64,000 nucleotides of DNA from a virus, in IMG/VR virus record IMGVR_UViG_3300036823_000117, positions 32,001 to 96,000 of that record; one strand, 5' to 3'. The notes beneath the pieces were generated by a model that searched no databases, had not been told where the DNA came from, and worked only from the letters and a program-made list of their open reading frames with translations. The position numbers and the translations under genes are program-made. Numbering within the stretch: position 1 is the first letter of the stretch; each line of letters begins with the position of its first letter. Positions 39,046-49,166 of this stretch are shown in pieces.

Positions 39046-40005
39046 GTGGTAGCTGAGGGGTTCGGGGCGGCCAGCAAGGTCAGCAAGGCCGGCGACACGA
39101 TGACCGGGACGCTGGTCCTGGGCGCGACGCCGCCGCTGCAGGCCCCTGCGGGTGCGACCAGCGGGTATGTCCTGGGCACCGACGGCTCGGGGAATGCGTC
39201 GTGGGTTCCTGCGGGCGGCAGCACCACGGTCATTGACGGCGTGACGGTCTCGGGTGCGGCGGCGTCCGGCAAGGTGCTGACGGCTACGTCGGCGTCGGCG
39301 GCTGACTGGCAGACCCCCGCGGCGGGCAATGTCATCGACGGGGTGACGGTTTCCGGGACGCCGTCGAGCGGCGAGGTGCTGACCGCGACGTCGCCTACTG
39401 CGGCGGACTGGCAGGTCCCGTCGGCGGGCACCGTCATCAGCGGCATCACCGTGTCGGGCACGCCGTCGACCGGGATGCTCCTGACGGCCACTTCGGCGAG
39501 CGCGGCGGACTGGCAGAACCCGGCTAGCGGCGCCGGGGTGACCCTGGACACGACGTCCGCGGACATCCAGGCCCTCGGCTCCCAGGCGGCCGGGTCGGTC
39601 GGCCAGGCTGCGGACGCAGGGCACGTCCACCCGACGACGGGCGTGGCGCTGCTGGCCGGGGCGACGTTCACCGGGGCTGTCGCGCCCGCCGTGGCGGCGC
39701 TCACCGACGGGTCCAGCATCGCGGTCAACGCCGCGCTGGGGAACGTCTTCACCGTCACCATCGCAGGCAACCGGACGCTGGCCAACCCGTCCAACCCGGT
39801 GGATGGCCAGCCGATGACGGTCATCGTGAAGCAGGACGGCACCGGGTCGCGGCTGCTGAGCTACGGGACGGCCTACGAGTTCTGCACGGCGCTCCCGTCG
39901 CCGACGCTTTCGACCTCCGCAGGCCTCTCCGACTACCTGGGTTTCCGCTACTCGGCTGCGGCGTCCAAGTGGAGATTCCTGGCCTACCTTCCGGGCTTCA
40001 GCTAG
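39046..40005 (+). CDS. Fibre-like virion protein with three ~31-aa tandem repeats
   Basis: KVSKAGDTMTG; three copies of VIxGxTVSG...LTATS..AADWQxP. Confidence 0.75.
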   Translation: MVAEGFGAASKVSKAGDTMTGTLVLGATPPLQAPAGATSGYVLGTDGSGNASWVPAGGSTTVIDGVTVSGAAASGKVLTATSASAADWQTPAAGNVIDGVTVSGTPSSGEVLTATSPTAADWQVPSAGTVISGITVSGTPSTGMLLTATSASAADWQNPASGAGVTLDTTSADIQALGSQAAGSVGQAADAGHVHPTTGVALLAGATFTGAVAPAVAALTDGSSIAVNAALGNVFTVTIAGNRTLANPSNPVDGQPMTVIVKQDGTGSRLLSYGTAYEFCTALPSPTLSTSAGLSDYLGFRYSAAASKWRFLAYLPGFS

Positions 40006-40668
40006 ATGTCCTGGTCGCTGGTCCAGAAGTCGTCGGCGCCTGGCACTAACTCCAGCGGAGCGTCCGTGGCTCCGGCGATCGGCGCGGGCTCGGCCGCCGG
40101 GAACCTGCTGGTCGCGGTGATCACGAGCGTCAACGACCCAGACACGCTCACCGGCCCGTCGGGGTGGGCCCCGGTTGTGCAGGGAGTCCAGGCCACGGGC
40201 GGCACGGCGAACCTGTGGTGTTATCTCGACAACCCGGGCGGGATCAGCAGCGCCACGTTCACTGACACGGCCAGCGCGCTCGAGGACTCATGGATGGCGG
40301 AGTTTTCCACGTCCGGAGTGTCGGGCGCGGCGGTGGACTCGTCGGGCACTGGCAGCACCAGCGGCGGGAACAGCTGCACCGCTACCTGCACGGGTGCTAA
40401 CGCGTCCGGGGACCTGTCAATCTGCATCTTCCAGAACTTCGTGTTCGGCGGCACATGGACTACGCCGTCGGGGTGGACGCTTCTGGGCGATGACGTCGGG
40501 TCTATCGGGTTCGCGTGGTCCGGGTACCAGCTCAGCGCCTCGGCCGGCACGCTGGCGGTCACCAGCCATTTCAGCAACACCGGCTGGTGGGCTGGCGCTG
40601 TCGCGACGTTCTCCGCGTCTGGCGGTGCCCCGGCCGTGAACACCGGGGCTTTTTTCTCCCTGTTCTGA
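40006..40668 (+). CDS. Beta-rich virion protein
   Basis: GNLLVAV..PSGW repeats. Confidence 0.6.
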   Translation: MSWSLVQKSSAPGTNSSGASVAPAIGAGSAAGNLLVAVITSVNDPDTLTGPSGWAPVVQGVQATGGTANLWCYLDNPGGISSATFTDTASALEDSWMAEFSTSGVSGAAVDSSGTGSTSGGNSCTATCTGANASGDLSICIFQNFVFGGTWTTPSGWTLLGDDVGSIGFAWSGYQLSASAGTLAVTSHFSNTGWWAGAVATFSASGGAPAVNTGAFFSLF

Positions 40669-40726
40669 CATCCGCCTGGTCGCGCGGCTCAGCGCCGCCT
40701 TTCCCCATTAGCGAGGAGTTGGCTTC

Positions 40727-42550
40727 GTGGCCCTTCCAGGCGATCTCAACACAGCTACTATCACTGGCACGTACCTGGATCCTTCTGGTGCGCCGCTGGC
40801 GGGAACCATTACCTTTACGCCGTCGTCGCAGCTCGCGGACTCGACGGGCAGCACGGTCATCCCGTCGTACGGGAAGACCTACAATCTGTCGGCCGCGGGC
40901 CATTTCCAGACGGACCCTCTGGTCGCGACAGACAACAGCGATATCGCGCCGTCGGGTTGGTCTTACCTGGTGACCGTGGCTATCCAGAATCTGCAGCCGA
41001 TCACGTTCTCGGTCCTGGTCCCGCATACCCCGTCACCGGTCGACATCTCGGCGCTTATGCCTGTAGTGGCGTCGGGCACTATCGGGGATTTCCTGCCGGA
41101 ACTGGTAGCGAATGTCTCAGTGTCGGCTTCGGGGACGCTGGCGCTGAACACAGTGACGGAAGTCAGCGCCTCGTCGGCGAGCCGCACGATGACGCTGCCG
41201 ACGGCCGGCGCCGGGGACCTGGTCGTGGTCGAGAAGTCCGATTCCAGCGTGAACACCGTCGCGGTTACCGGCACGATCCGCGGCTCGAGCGGGTCGATCA
41301 CGCTGAAGTTGCAGAACGAGTCGGAGATGCTCTACGGGTGGGCCGGGTCGTGGTGGCCGGTCGCCGGCCACAAGACCCTCGGGTCGCTGGACGCCCGGTA
41401 CGTCCAGGGGACTGGCGGCAAGATGACCGGCCCCTTCGTGACCCAGGTTCCGGTTATCGTCTTCGACGGCGACTCGATCACTTTCGGTATCGGCGCGCTG
41501 CCGGTCAACCGGTTCCCCAACTCCAACGACTACCCTTCGCAGGTCGTCGGCAGCCTCGATCAGCGCGGCACCTACGTGAACATCGGCGTCGCCGGCGAGA
41601 CCACGGCCACGATGATCACTAACGCGCCGACTGCCGTGGACCCGTATTTCACGGCTGGGTGCAACAACGTCGTGTGCTTCCACGGCGGCACCAACGACAT
41701 CCAGTTCGGGGCCGACGCCCCCACGACATACGGCCGGATCGTGACCTACTGCCAGGCCCGGCAGGCGGCCGGCTGGCGAGTCATCGTCGCCACCATTACC
41801 CCCCGCTCCGACGCGGGCACGCCGGGGAATTTCGAGACCATCCGCCAGTCCGTGAATACCAGCATCCGAACGAACTGGCAGACCTTCGCGAACGGCCTCG
41901 CTGACATCGGCAACGACGCGAACATGGGGCAGGCCAGCGATCAGACGAACACGCAGTATTACAACGGCGACCTCGTCCACCACAACCCGTACGGGTATGG
42001 CATCCTGGCCAGCTACTTCCAGCAGGCCCTGTCCACCCTCGGCATTGTCAGCAGCTTCGCCCGGGACCGCGAGGTTCTGCATTCCGATATCTGGATCCCG
42101 GCGGGAGCTTTCCAGGCGGCCAGCGGTACCCCGACGGCGGCGGTCACCGGCCAGATGCCCGTATGGAACCTGGCCCACGGCGCGAGCACCGAGATGTGCG
42201 CCCAGGGGGTACTCCTGCCCCAGAACTGGCTGCAGTGGGGCGCGGAGGTGTGGTGGGCGCCGAGCACCACCGGGGCCGGGAATGTCGTCTGGCGGGTAGA
42301 CAGCCTGCCCGTGTTCACCGCTTCGACGCTGAACAGCGGCGTCGTGGTCGGCACGGCCCTCGCCTCGGCCGCGACCGGGACGACCGGGCTGATGCAGGTG
42401 CTCACCAGCGCCGCGTCGGCGAACGCGAATATCGGCGGAGCCCCCCGCACGCTGCTGGCGCTGCGGGTCTGGCGGCTCGGCTCGTCCGGCAGCGACACCT
42501 ACGCCGACGCCGCATCGTTCGTCGGCCTCCGCGTGTGGCGGAGCATCTGA
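40727..42550 (+). CDS. Tail spike/fibre with SGNH/GDSL hydrolase domain
   Basis: FDGDSIT, GVAG, GGTND and DLVHHN blocks. Confidence 0.85.
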   Translation: MALPGDLNTATITGTYLDPSGAPLAGTITFTPSSQLADSTGSTVIPSYGKTYNLSAAGHFQTDPLVATDNSDIAPSGWSYLVTVAIQNLQPITFSVLVPHTPSPVDISALMPVVASGTIGDFLPELVANVSVSASGTLALNTVTEVSASSASRTMTLPTAGAGDLVVVEKSDSSVNTVAVTGTIRGSSGSITLKLQNESEMLYGWAGSWWPVAGHKTLGSLDARYVQGTGGKMTGPFVTQVPVIVFDGDSITFGIGALPVNRFPNSNDYPSQVVGSLDQRGTYVNIGVAGETTATMITNAPTAVDPYFTAGCNNVVCFHGGTNDIQFGADAPTTYGRIVTYCQARQAAGWRVIVATITPRSDAGTPGNFETIRQSVNTSIRTNWQTFANGLADIGNDANMGQASDQTNTQYYNGDLVHHNPYGYGILASYFQQALSTLGIVSSFARDREVLHSDIWIPAGAFQAASGTPTAAVTGQMPVWNLAHGASTEMCAQGVLLPQNWLQWGAEVWWAPSTTGAGNVVWRVDSLPVFTASTLNSGVVVGTALASAATGTTGLMQVLTSAASANANIGGAPRTLLALRVWRLGSSGSDTYADAASFVGLRVWRSI

Positions 42551-42602
42551 CCTTCTTAGGCCACCCCCTCCATTCCTTACTGCCTCCTGAAGGGGGATAC
42601 CC

Positions 42603-45600
42603 GTGGCTTTGCCGACGGATCTGACCAGCCTCGTCGTGAATGGCACGTACCTCGACCCGTCCGGCGCTCCGCTGGCCGGGCACATCACGTTCACGCCGTC
42701 GGCCCAGCTGACCGATTCCACCGGCACGACGGTGATCCCGGCCTACCCGAAGCAGTACAACCTGTCGGCGTCGGGGAAGTTCACCACCGATGCGCTGGTC
42801 GCGACCGACAACGCCGATATCACGCCGGCGAACTGGACGTACCTGGTCACCCTGGCGCTGCAGAACCTCCCGACGACGTCGTGGAACGCCCAGATCCCGG
42901 CCGCGCCGTTCTCGTTCACCGCGACGAACGCGACGCCGTGCGTGTTCACCGCGGCGGGCAGCGCCTACTCGAATGGCAGCCCGGTGAAGCTGGCCGGCGG
43001 GTCGCTGCCGGCCGGGTTTACTGCCGGGACTACGTACTTCGTGGTGTCGGCGTCGGGTACGAGTTTCTCCCTGGCGGCCACGTCGGGCGGGTCGGCTATC
43101 GCGTCGACGTCGACCGGGTCGGGCACGGTGTCAACGGCTGCGGTTGACGTGTCGTCGCTGTCCCCGGTGTTCTCGCAGCTGGCCGCGCTGCAGTACGCGG
43201 AGCTTCTCCTCCCGACCAGCGTGCAGTCCGGGTCGATCACCGCGGCGGCCGGGCAGCTGGTCCTGGTGACGACGGCCAGCGGGAACGCGACTGTGAGCAT
43301 GCCGACCGGGGTGGAAGCCGGATCGCAGGTCGGCGTGAAGATGGTTGTCCTCGGTGGCTCCAACACGGTCGCCATCTCGTGCACCGGCACTGACAAGTTC
43401 AATGTCGCCGGCGGCGGGACCACGCTGACGCTGAGCATGCTCGACCAGGGCATGGGGTTCATCTACACCGGCAGCGTGTGGGTCGTCGCGAACGACGACG
43501 TCCCGCTCGGCCAGCTCGACGCCCGGTACATGACCAACCTGTCGCAGACCGCGGTGAAGACCGCGAACTACACTGCGGCCGCGAACCAGCTGGTCCCGTG
43601 CAACACCTCCGCCGGCGGCTTCACGGTCACCCTGCCGACTGCCCCAGCCGCAGGAACCCTGGCCGGCGTGGCGATGAGCGGCGTATCCGGTGTCGGCGTC
43701 AACACCTTGACCGCGGCCACGGGCGGCTCCGACGTCTTTGATATCACCGGAGGCGGGACAACCTCGACGCTGACGCTGTTGCACCAGGCCGTCCTTTGGG
43801 AGTACAACTCCGGGGTCTGGGCCAAGGTCTCCTCGGCTGACCCGTACCTTCAGGTCGCGCAGGCCCGGCAGGGCACCTGGTACCTTGACCAGTTCGCCGG
43901 CACCGACGACCAGAAGATGACGTCCGCGCTGACGGCATTGTTCGCGGCCGGCGGCGGCACTGTCCGCCTGTCGCCCCGTGCCCACAGTTTTGCGGGCCAG
44001 TGGGCAACGTCCTACGTCAATGGCGTGGTCACCACCGTCCGCATTGTCGGCGCGGGTGCCTCCCAGGTCGGCGCAGTTACCATCAACACCTCCGGCCCGA
44101 CAACCTGCACGATGACCTACGCCGCAGGTGCCGGCCAGATGGATTTCCAGCACATCGGCACCATCGAGATCACCGGCATCCGATTCGTCGACACCACAGG
44201 CAGCGTCCCGTTCTTCTTCGCCTCCAACGCCACCCCCAACATTCACGACTGCGCGTTCACCGGGGGCGGCGGCCTGGCGGCGTGCACTAAAGACGCGATT
44301 GTCCTCGGCGGCCAGGGAAACGGGCCGACCGGGGATACCGCGAAGTACAACGGCTACAACGGGTTCATCGAGCGAAACTACTTCGACACGATCCGCCAGT
44401 GGGTCGTTTTCGGCGGCGGATGCAACGGCGTCGTCGTCACTGGCAACAACGGCAACGAGTTGTGCGGCATGGCTGGTAACTGGGGGGCCCCATTCCGCTT
44501 TAACGGGAATTCCTCGCACGGAAACACCGCGAATTTCATCCACGATAACTACGTGCCGCTGACCGGCTACGGCGCCTGCTTCAATGGCACAGGCGGATAC
44601 GCCGGCCGCAACGTCATCGGCCCGAACGTCACCTGGGATGCCTCCGGTGTCGTATATGCCATCCTGGACTCGACCTGCCAGGCGAATTTCATCCACGACA
44701 CCACATGGCGGACCGCCAGCAGCTCGTTCGTGGCATACACCACCGAGCCTGCCGGCAGTCAGTCCACCGCCCTTTCCGTCAATGGGCCGAACTTCTTCCA
44801 GCAGCCATTGATCTCCAACGCTGACCTCATCGTCCGTTTCGGTTCGGTCGGCCCGAAAACGGAAGGCGCCTCCGGGGACCGGGCGTGGTTCCAGTCCATC
44901 CACAACGGCTCCATCGCCGCGCCGGGATTCACGGTCACCGTCCAGCCGGGAACCACGGTCACAGACGGGTCGGCCATCAGCGGGTCGAACGTCGTGACAT
45001 CGCTCACCGCCGCGTTTGCTTCCGGCGACACTGGCGTATTCATCACCGCCTCCGGGGTCATCCCGGCCAACACCTACATCCGTTGGACGGTCGCCCCGTC
45101 GTCGCCCGGGTTCGTCTGGACGGCCTCGGTGGCCTACGTGGCCGGGCAGGTGATCACCCCGGTCACCGCCAACGGCCACCTGTACCAGTGCACCACGGGC
45201 GGCACCTCCGGCACCAGCCAGCCATCATTCCCGACCGGCGGCGGCACTGTTGCGGACGGCACTGTCGTGTGGCAAGACCTGGGCGCCGCGGCAACGGCGG
45301 CGATCCTGTCCCAGAACGCGACCTCCACGAACGCGGCGACCACAGTCTCATTCGGGCGCCCATCCGGGTCGTCGTCGCTGATGACAAAATTCATGAACCA
45401 TCACATCATCGGCTCGGGGGGCGCCCCGGCCTACGCCGCCCAGGCCGGGGCGGGCACGGGCGCCACCGCGACCGTGACCGGGACTGACATTGGCCACATC
45501 GTCACCCTGACCACAGGTACCGGTTCCCTGGTGCCCGCGATCCTGGTCAAGGGCACCCCGGCGAACTCGTTCTCCGGGTCCGCGCAGTCCGGCGCCTACG

Positions 45601-45737
45601 CCATCACCCCCGGCAACGCCGCCGCCGCCGGCCTCGGCCTGTACGGGACATTTGCCTCGAACCTGTGGAACATCTCCTGCGCGAACAGCCCGGCGCCATC
45701 CACGCAGTACATCTTCAACGTCACCATGATCGGCTGA
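42603..45737 (+). CDS. Tail spike/fibre with probable beta-helix and carbohydrate-binding module
   Basis: N-terminus shared with 40727; GTDD..ALTAL..AGGGTV beta-helix entry; WTASVAYVAGQ..LYQCTTGGTSG..DGTVVW. Confidence 0.75.
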   Translation: MALPTDLTSLVVNGTYLDPSGAPLAGHITFTPSAQLTDSTGTTVIPAYPKQYNLSASGKFTTDALVATDNADITPANWTYLVTLALQNLPTTSWNAQIPAAPFSFTATNATPCVFTAAGSAYSNGSPVKLAGGSLPAGFTAGTTYFVVSASGTSFSLAATSGGSAIASTSTGSGTVSTAAVDVSSLSPVFSQLAALQYAELLLPTSVQSGSITAAAGQLVLVTTASGNATVSMPTGVEAGSQVGVKMVVLGGSNTVAISCTGTDKFNVAGGGTTLTLSMLDQGMGFIYTGSVWVVANDDVPLGQLDARYMTNLSQTAVKTANYTAAANQLVPCNTSAGGFTVTLPTAPAAGTLAGVAMSGVSGVGVNTLTAATGGSDVFDITGGGTTSTLTLLHQAVLWEYNSGVWAKVSSADPYLQVAQARQGTWYLDQFAGTDDQKMTSALTALFAAGGGTVRLSPRAHSFAGQWATSYVNGVVTTVRIVGAGASQVGAVTINTSGPTTCTMTYAAGAGQMDFQHIGTIEITGIRFVDTTGSVPFFFASNATPNIHDCAFTGGGGLAACTKDAIVLGGQGNGPTGDTAKYNGYNGFIERNYFDTIRQWVVFGGGCNGVVVTGNNGNELCGMAGNWGAPFRFNGNSSHGNTANFIHDNYVPLTGYGACFNGTGGYAGRNVIGPNVTWDASGVVYAILDSTCQANFIHDTTWRTASSSFVAYTTEPAGSQSTALSVNGPNFFQQPLISNADLIVRFGSVGPKTEGASGDRAWFQSIHNGSIAAPGFTVTVQPGTTVTDGSAISGSNVVTSLTAAFASGDTGVFITASGVIPANTYIRWTVAPSSPGFVWTASVAYVAGQVITPVTANGHLYQCTTGGTSGTSQPSFPTGGGTVADGTVVWQDLGAAATAAILSQNATSTNAATTVSFGRPSGSSSLMTKFMNHHIIGSGGAPAYAAQAGAGTGATATVTGTDIGHIVTLTTGTGSLVPAILVKGTPANSFSGSAQSGAYAITPGNAAAAGLGLYGTFASNLWNISCANSPAPSTQYIFNVTMIG

Positions 45738-45912
45738 TCACTCAGGCGCAGCCCGATTTGCCGCAGTTATCTCGTGGCACTCTCGCGTGCATGTCTCATC
45801 GCAGTCGCAGTCACATTCCGAGCAGTCGCGGCATAGCTTTCCGCACCGTCCCGTGTCCGCCGTGTCGCCCATGAGCGGATGTTAACCGCACACAGGTACG
45901 GGACGGGGGCGC

Positions 45913-46344
45913 ATGGCGGAATGGCCCCCGATGCTGGCCGTCCACAGGGCCGCTCTCGCCGCGGCGCACCTCGCACCGTGGCCGCCGACCCTCCCGTTCC
46001 TCGCTGGCGGGCCATCCTCGGACAGCAGCATCGTGTCCGCCGCTGTCCAGACCATCCTGGGATACGGCGTCCTCGGCGTCGTCGCCCTGGTCCTGGCCTG
46101 GATCGTGTGGCGGGGCAAGTTCGTCCCCCAGGAACGCGTCGACCAACTCATCGGCGCCGGCCGGGCCGACCTGCTCCGCGAGCTCGACCTGGTCCGCGCT
46201 GACCTGCTGAAAACCCAGGAGCAGCGGGACGCCGCGATGAAAATGGCCACCGACCAGCTGGTCCCCCTCCTCACAAGTTTTGTGGCCACCAGCCAGAGCC
46301 TGATCCCGCTCCTGCAGGAACTGGTCCGCAACCGGGAAAGGTGA
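45913..46344 (+). CDS. Membrane protein at the start of the lysis cassette
   Basis: One TM helix followed by a coiled coil. Confidence 0.6.
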   Translation: MAEWPPMLAVHRAALAAAHLAPWPPTLPFLAGGPSSDSSIVSAAVQTILGYGVLGVVALVLAWIVWRGKFVPQERVDQLIGAGRADLLRELDLVRADLLKTQEQRDAAMKMATDQLVPLLTSFVATSQSLIPLLQELVRNRER

Positions 46345-46350
46345 CGGGGC

Positions 46351-46602
46351 GTGCCCGACCGCGACACCGAAGGCCTCTCCCCCAACGTCGCCGAGCTCAT
46401 CGAGAAGGTCGAGGCCCGCGTGGCAGCAGCGCCGACCGCCCGGGAAGTCCGCGAACTCGCCGACCGGGTCATCGCGGAATCCCGCGCCAACGCGCTCACC
46501 ATCGCCGAGATCCGCCAGCTCACCACCCTGGCCATCGGCCGCGCCCAGCAAGTCGAGGCAGCCGCCGCCCGGCTCGCTGACCTGGTCCAGGGAGGCGCCT
46601 GA
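46351..46602 (+). CDS. Hypothetical coiled-coil protein
   Basis: Operon packing. Confidence 0.55.
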   Translation: MPDRDTEGLSPNVAELIEKVEARVAAAPTAREVRELADRVIAESRANALTIAEIRQLTTLAIGRAQQVEAAAARLADLVQGGA

Positions 46603-46763
46603 TGGCGCCCCGCGACAAGGACGCCGAGATCTGGAAAGTCGCCGCGGAACTCGACGCGCTCCTCGACGACCTCGCAGCGTCGGTCGACGCGCTGAACGCG
46701 ATCCTCATGCCCCCGGTGCCGCCCGTTCCGGGAGATGACGACGAAAGGCTCGTGTCCCCGTGA
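46602..46763 (+). CDS. 53-aa protein (absent from the ORF track)
   Basis: GGAGG RBS; TGATG overlap. Confidence 0.55.
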   Translation: MAPRDKDAEIWKVAAELDALLDDLAASVDALNAILMPPVPPVPGDDDERLVSP

Positions 46764-47164
46764 CTGAGCAGACCCCCCCGCAGAACCCACTGCAGGCCGC
46801 GCTGGCTGCCGTCACCGACCTCTCAACACGCGTCAAGAAACTGACCGGCGAAGTCGTCTATCTCCGGAAGTACGGCCGGCGAAGCCGCACGTTCATCATC
46901 TTCGACATCGTCCTGACCGTCGGCATCCTCGCGATCAGCTACCTATTCGCGCAGCAGCACTCAACCCTCGTCGCCGCCTGCCAGGCAGGTAACCAGACCC
47001 GCGCGCAGGAACGCGGCCTGTGGAAGCACCTCTACCAGGGCGCCCTTAAAGAGCACCCCACCCCGGCGCAGCTGGCCGCTGACCGGACCCTCATCGCCTA
47101 CGTCAACAAGACATTCGCCAGCCGGAATTGCGCTGCGGTCTACCGGCCCCACTGGCTGCCCTGA
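46760..47164 (+). CDS. Single-pass membrane protein
   Basis: TM helix and two Cys. Confidence 0.6.
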   Translation: MTEQTPPQNPLQAALAAVTDLSTRVKKLTGEVVYLRKYGRRSRTFIIFDIVLTVGILAISYLFAQQHSTLVAACQAGNQTRAQERGLWKHLYQGALKEHPTPAQLAADRTLIAYVNKTFASRNCAAVYRPHWLP

Positions 47165-47187
47165 ACCCGACTTCCCAGGAGGTACCG

Positions 47188-47367
47188 ATGCTCGCTGCGA
47201 TCGCTTTCCTGCTTGGCCTGATCGCCTTGATCCTGAAGGTTGTCGGCACCCACGGGTCGTGGCTCCAGTGGATGCTGATCATCGGGCTGATGCTCGTGTC
47301 GGCCGCCGTGGCGTGGGACTGGGGCCGGCCCTGGTGGACCGGTCGCAGGCAGCCGCCGGCCGCGTGA
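47188..47367 (+). CDS. Small two-TM protein
   Basis: AGGAGG RBS; two hydrophobic helices. Confidence 0.6.
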   Translation: MLAAIAFLLGLIALILKVVGTHGSWLQWMLIIGLMLVSAAVAWDWGRPWWTGRRQPPAA

Positions 47368-47804
47368 AAGCTGGTCGGCGTGAGCTGGCGCGGCCCGTGG
47401 TGTTCGGCTTGTGCGACGGGGCGATGTCCATCATGGGCGTCGTCCTCTACCTCGCCGGCCACACCACGCTGGTTTTCCCCGCGGCCCTGTCCGGCGGCCT
47501 GAGCGCCGCGGTGTCAATGGCCGGCGGGGAATGGCTGTCCCAGTCCGACAGCGGCCCGGCGGCGAGCCTGGCGATGGGCGGCGCCACCCTGACCGGCAGC
47601 ATCCTCCCCGCGATCCCCTATGCGTTCCTGCATGGCTGGCAGGCCCCCGCCATGTCCGTCCTCATCCTCGTCCTCGTCGCCGCGGCGGTCGCCTGTCTCC
47701 GCGGCCACCGCCGCCACCCGTGGCTCGAAACCGCCCTCGTCCTCGTGATCGTTCTCGCGGCCGCCGCGACGTGCGCGCTGCTGATCCCCGGAGGTGCGGG
47801 CTAG
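47364..47804 (+). CDS. VIT1/CCC1-family membrane protein, short form
   Basis: VVFGLCDGAMS and GGLSAAVSMAGGEWLS motifs; G..LP..PY. Confidence 0.75.
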   Translation: MKAGRRELARPVVFGLCDGAMSIMGVVLYLAGHTTLVFPAALSGGLSAAVSMAGGEWLSQSDSGPAASLAMGGATLTGSILPAIPYAFLHGWQAPAMSVLILVLVAAAVACLRGHRRHPWLETALVLVIVLAAAATCALLIPGGAG

Positions 47805-48076
47805 TGGGCCACGTCCTGTGGATCCTGTTCGGCCCGGACGCCTGGGGGACCGGCGGCAACTTGGTGGCCTGGGTTCTTTGCGGCGCACTGGGGGTCGGCG
47901 GCGCCTTCCTGTTCCGCGACCTCATCGGCCGGCGCCTCGCCGCGTGGTGGCACAGGCACCACCGCCGGCACCTCGCCGGCGAGCTCGACGCCATGGAGCA
48001 GCGGCTCAAAGCCCACATCGACACACGCCACCAGGAACTCACCGAACAGGTCACCAGCAAGGGGAGGCGTGCATGA
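47804..48076 (+). CDS. Small membrane protein
   Basis: TM helix; overlap-coupled. Confidence 0.55.
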   Translation: MGHVLWILFGPDAWGTGGNLVAWVLCGALGVGGAFLFRDLIGRRLAAWWHRHHRRHLAGELDAMEQRLKAHIDTRHQELTEQVTSKGRRA

Positions 48077-48846
48077 CCATTCCCGGCCGCTGCCATTTCG
48101 ACGCGAACGGCTGGCTCCAGGGCCCGATCTCGATCACCCACATGCTGACGCCGAACCGCTACAACTCGGGGTTCGCGGACCACGGCAAGGGCGTCGTCTT
48201 CCACACCGAGGACGGGTTCGAAGCCGGGACGATCGCCACTTTCATGTCCCCGGCCAGCCAGGCCTCAGCGTTCTTCGCCGTCGGAGCCGACGGCGCGAGC
48301 ACCCAGTTCCTGCCGGTGGGCCAGGGGTACTGCGCATGGGCACAGGAAGCCGGGAACCAGGCCTGGAGAAGCATCGAGGACGCCGACGGCACCCACCCGT
48401 CGGTCCCGCTGGCCGCCCCGCAGATGGCCGCGTTCGCGCAGATCCTCGAAGCCTGCTCCGCCTACGACGGGTTCCCCCTCCAGATCACCGACGACGTCAA
48501 CGGCACCGGCCTCATCACCCACGGCGACGGGGGACTCGCCTGGGGCGGCCACTTCGGGTGCCCGGGTGACGTCCGCAAGGCCCAGCGCCCCGCCCTCATC
48601 GCGCTGGCCAAGCAGATCCGATCCCAGGGAGCAACCATGGCCGTGGCCACTGACGGCAAGACCACCCTGCACCAACTCGCCGCGGCGCACGGCGCCGTGG
48701 CCTCCGAAGTGCTCCGTATGACCGCCGTCGCAGACGGCCTGTTCCCGGCCCCGGTCGCCGCGTGGCTCAACGCGGTCTTCGCCGGGACGGTCTCCGCGAC
48801 GGAGCCGATGCCCGCGAAGCTCGAGCTCCAGGTACCCCGCGCCTGA
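48073..48846 (+). CDS. Endolysin, N-acetylmuramoyl-L-alanine amidase
   Basis: VVFHTE, SAFFAV, SIE, ITH..CPG amidase_2-like ligands. Confidence 0.85.
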   Translation: MTIPGRCHFDANGWLQGPISITHMLTPNRYNSGFADHGKGVVFHTEDGFEAGTIATFMSPASQASAFFAVGADGASTQFLPVGQGYCAWAQEAGNQAWRSIEDADGTHPSVPLAAPQMAAFAQILEACSAYDGFPLQITDDVNGTGLITHGDGGLAWGGHFGCPGDVRKAQRPALIALAKQIRSQGATMAVATDGKTTLHQLAAAHGAVASEVLRMTAVADGLFPAPVAAWLNAVFAGTVSATEPMPAKLELQVPRA

Positions 48847-49094
48847 TGGACAACTCCGACCCGGCCCGCGACGCCCTGCACGAAGGCTGGCTCGCCGCAG
48901 TCCTCAAGCGCGAACCCGCGATGGCCGCCGGGATCACCACCGCGATCGTGACGCTCGCCGCGGTGTTCGGGCTGGACTGGGCCGCGACAGTAGTCGGGCC
49001 CGTCGTCGCGGTCGTTACCCTGATGCTGTCGGCTGTCGTCCGCAGCAGAGTCACCCCGGCCAAGCCAGCGGCACCGGAGCACGCCGGCCGCTGA
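48846..49094 (+). CDS. Holin-like protein
   Basis: Two TM helices; ends VRSRVTP. Confidence 0.7.
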   Translation: MDNSDPARDALHEGWLAAVLKREPAMAAGITTAIVTLAAVFGLDWAATVVGPVVAVVTLMLSAVVRSRVTPAKPAAPEHAGR

Positions 49095-49112
49095 ACACGA
49101 TCCCCGCAAACT

Positions 49113-49160
49113 GCCGTCCCGGCCGCGCTCCCCCTCGGGCGCGACCGGGACGGCTATTTT
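49113..49160. terminator. Hairpin between the convergent lysis and Ro operons
   Basis: GCCGTCCCGG/CCGGGACGGC followed by TATTTT. Confidence 0.6.
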
Positions 49161-49166
49161 GCGTTG

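Noticed and set aside
39229-39525. Three ~93-bp repeats as a DGR template/variable pair
   Set aside because: They are in-frame protein repeats; no adenine-specific variation and no reverse transcriptase in the window.
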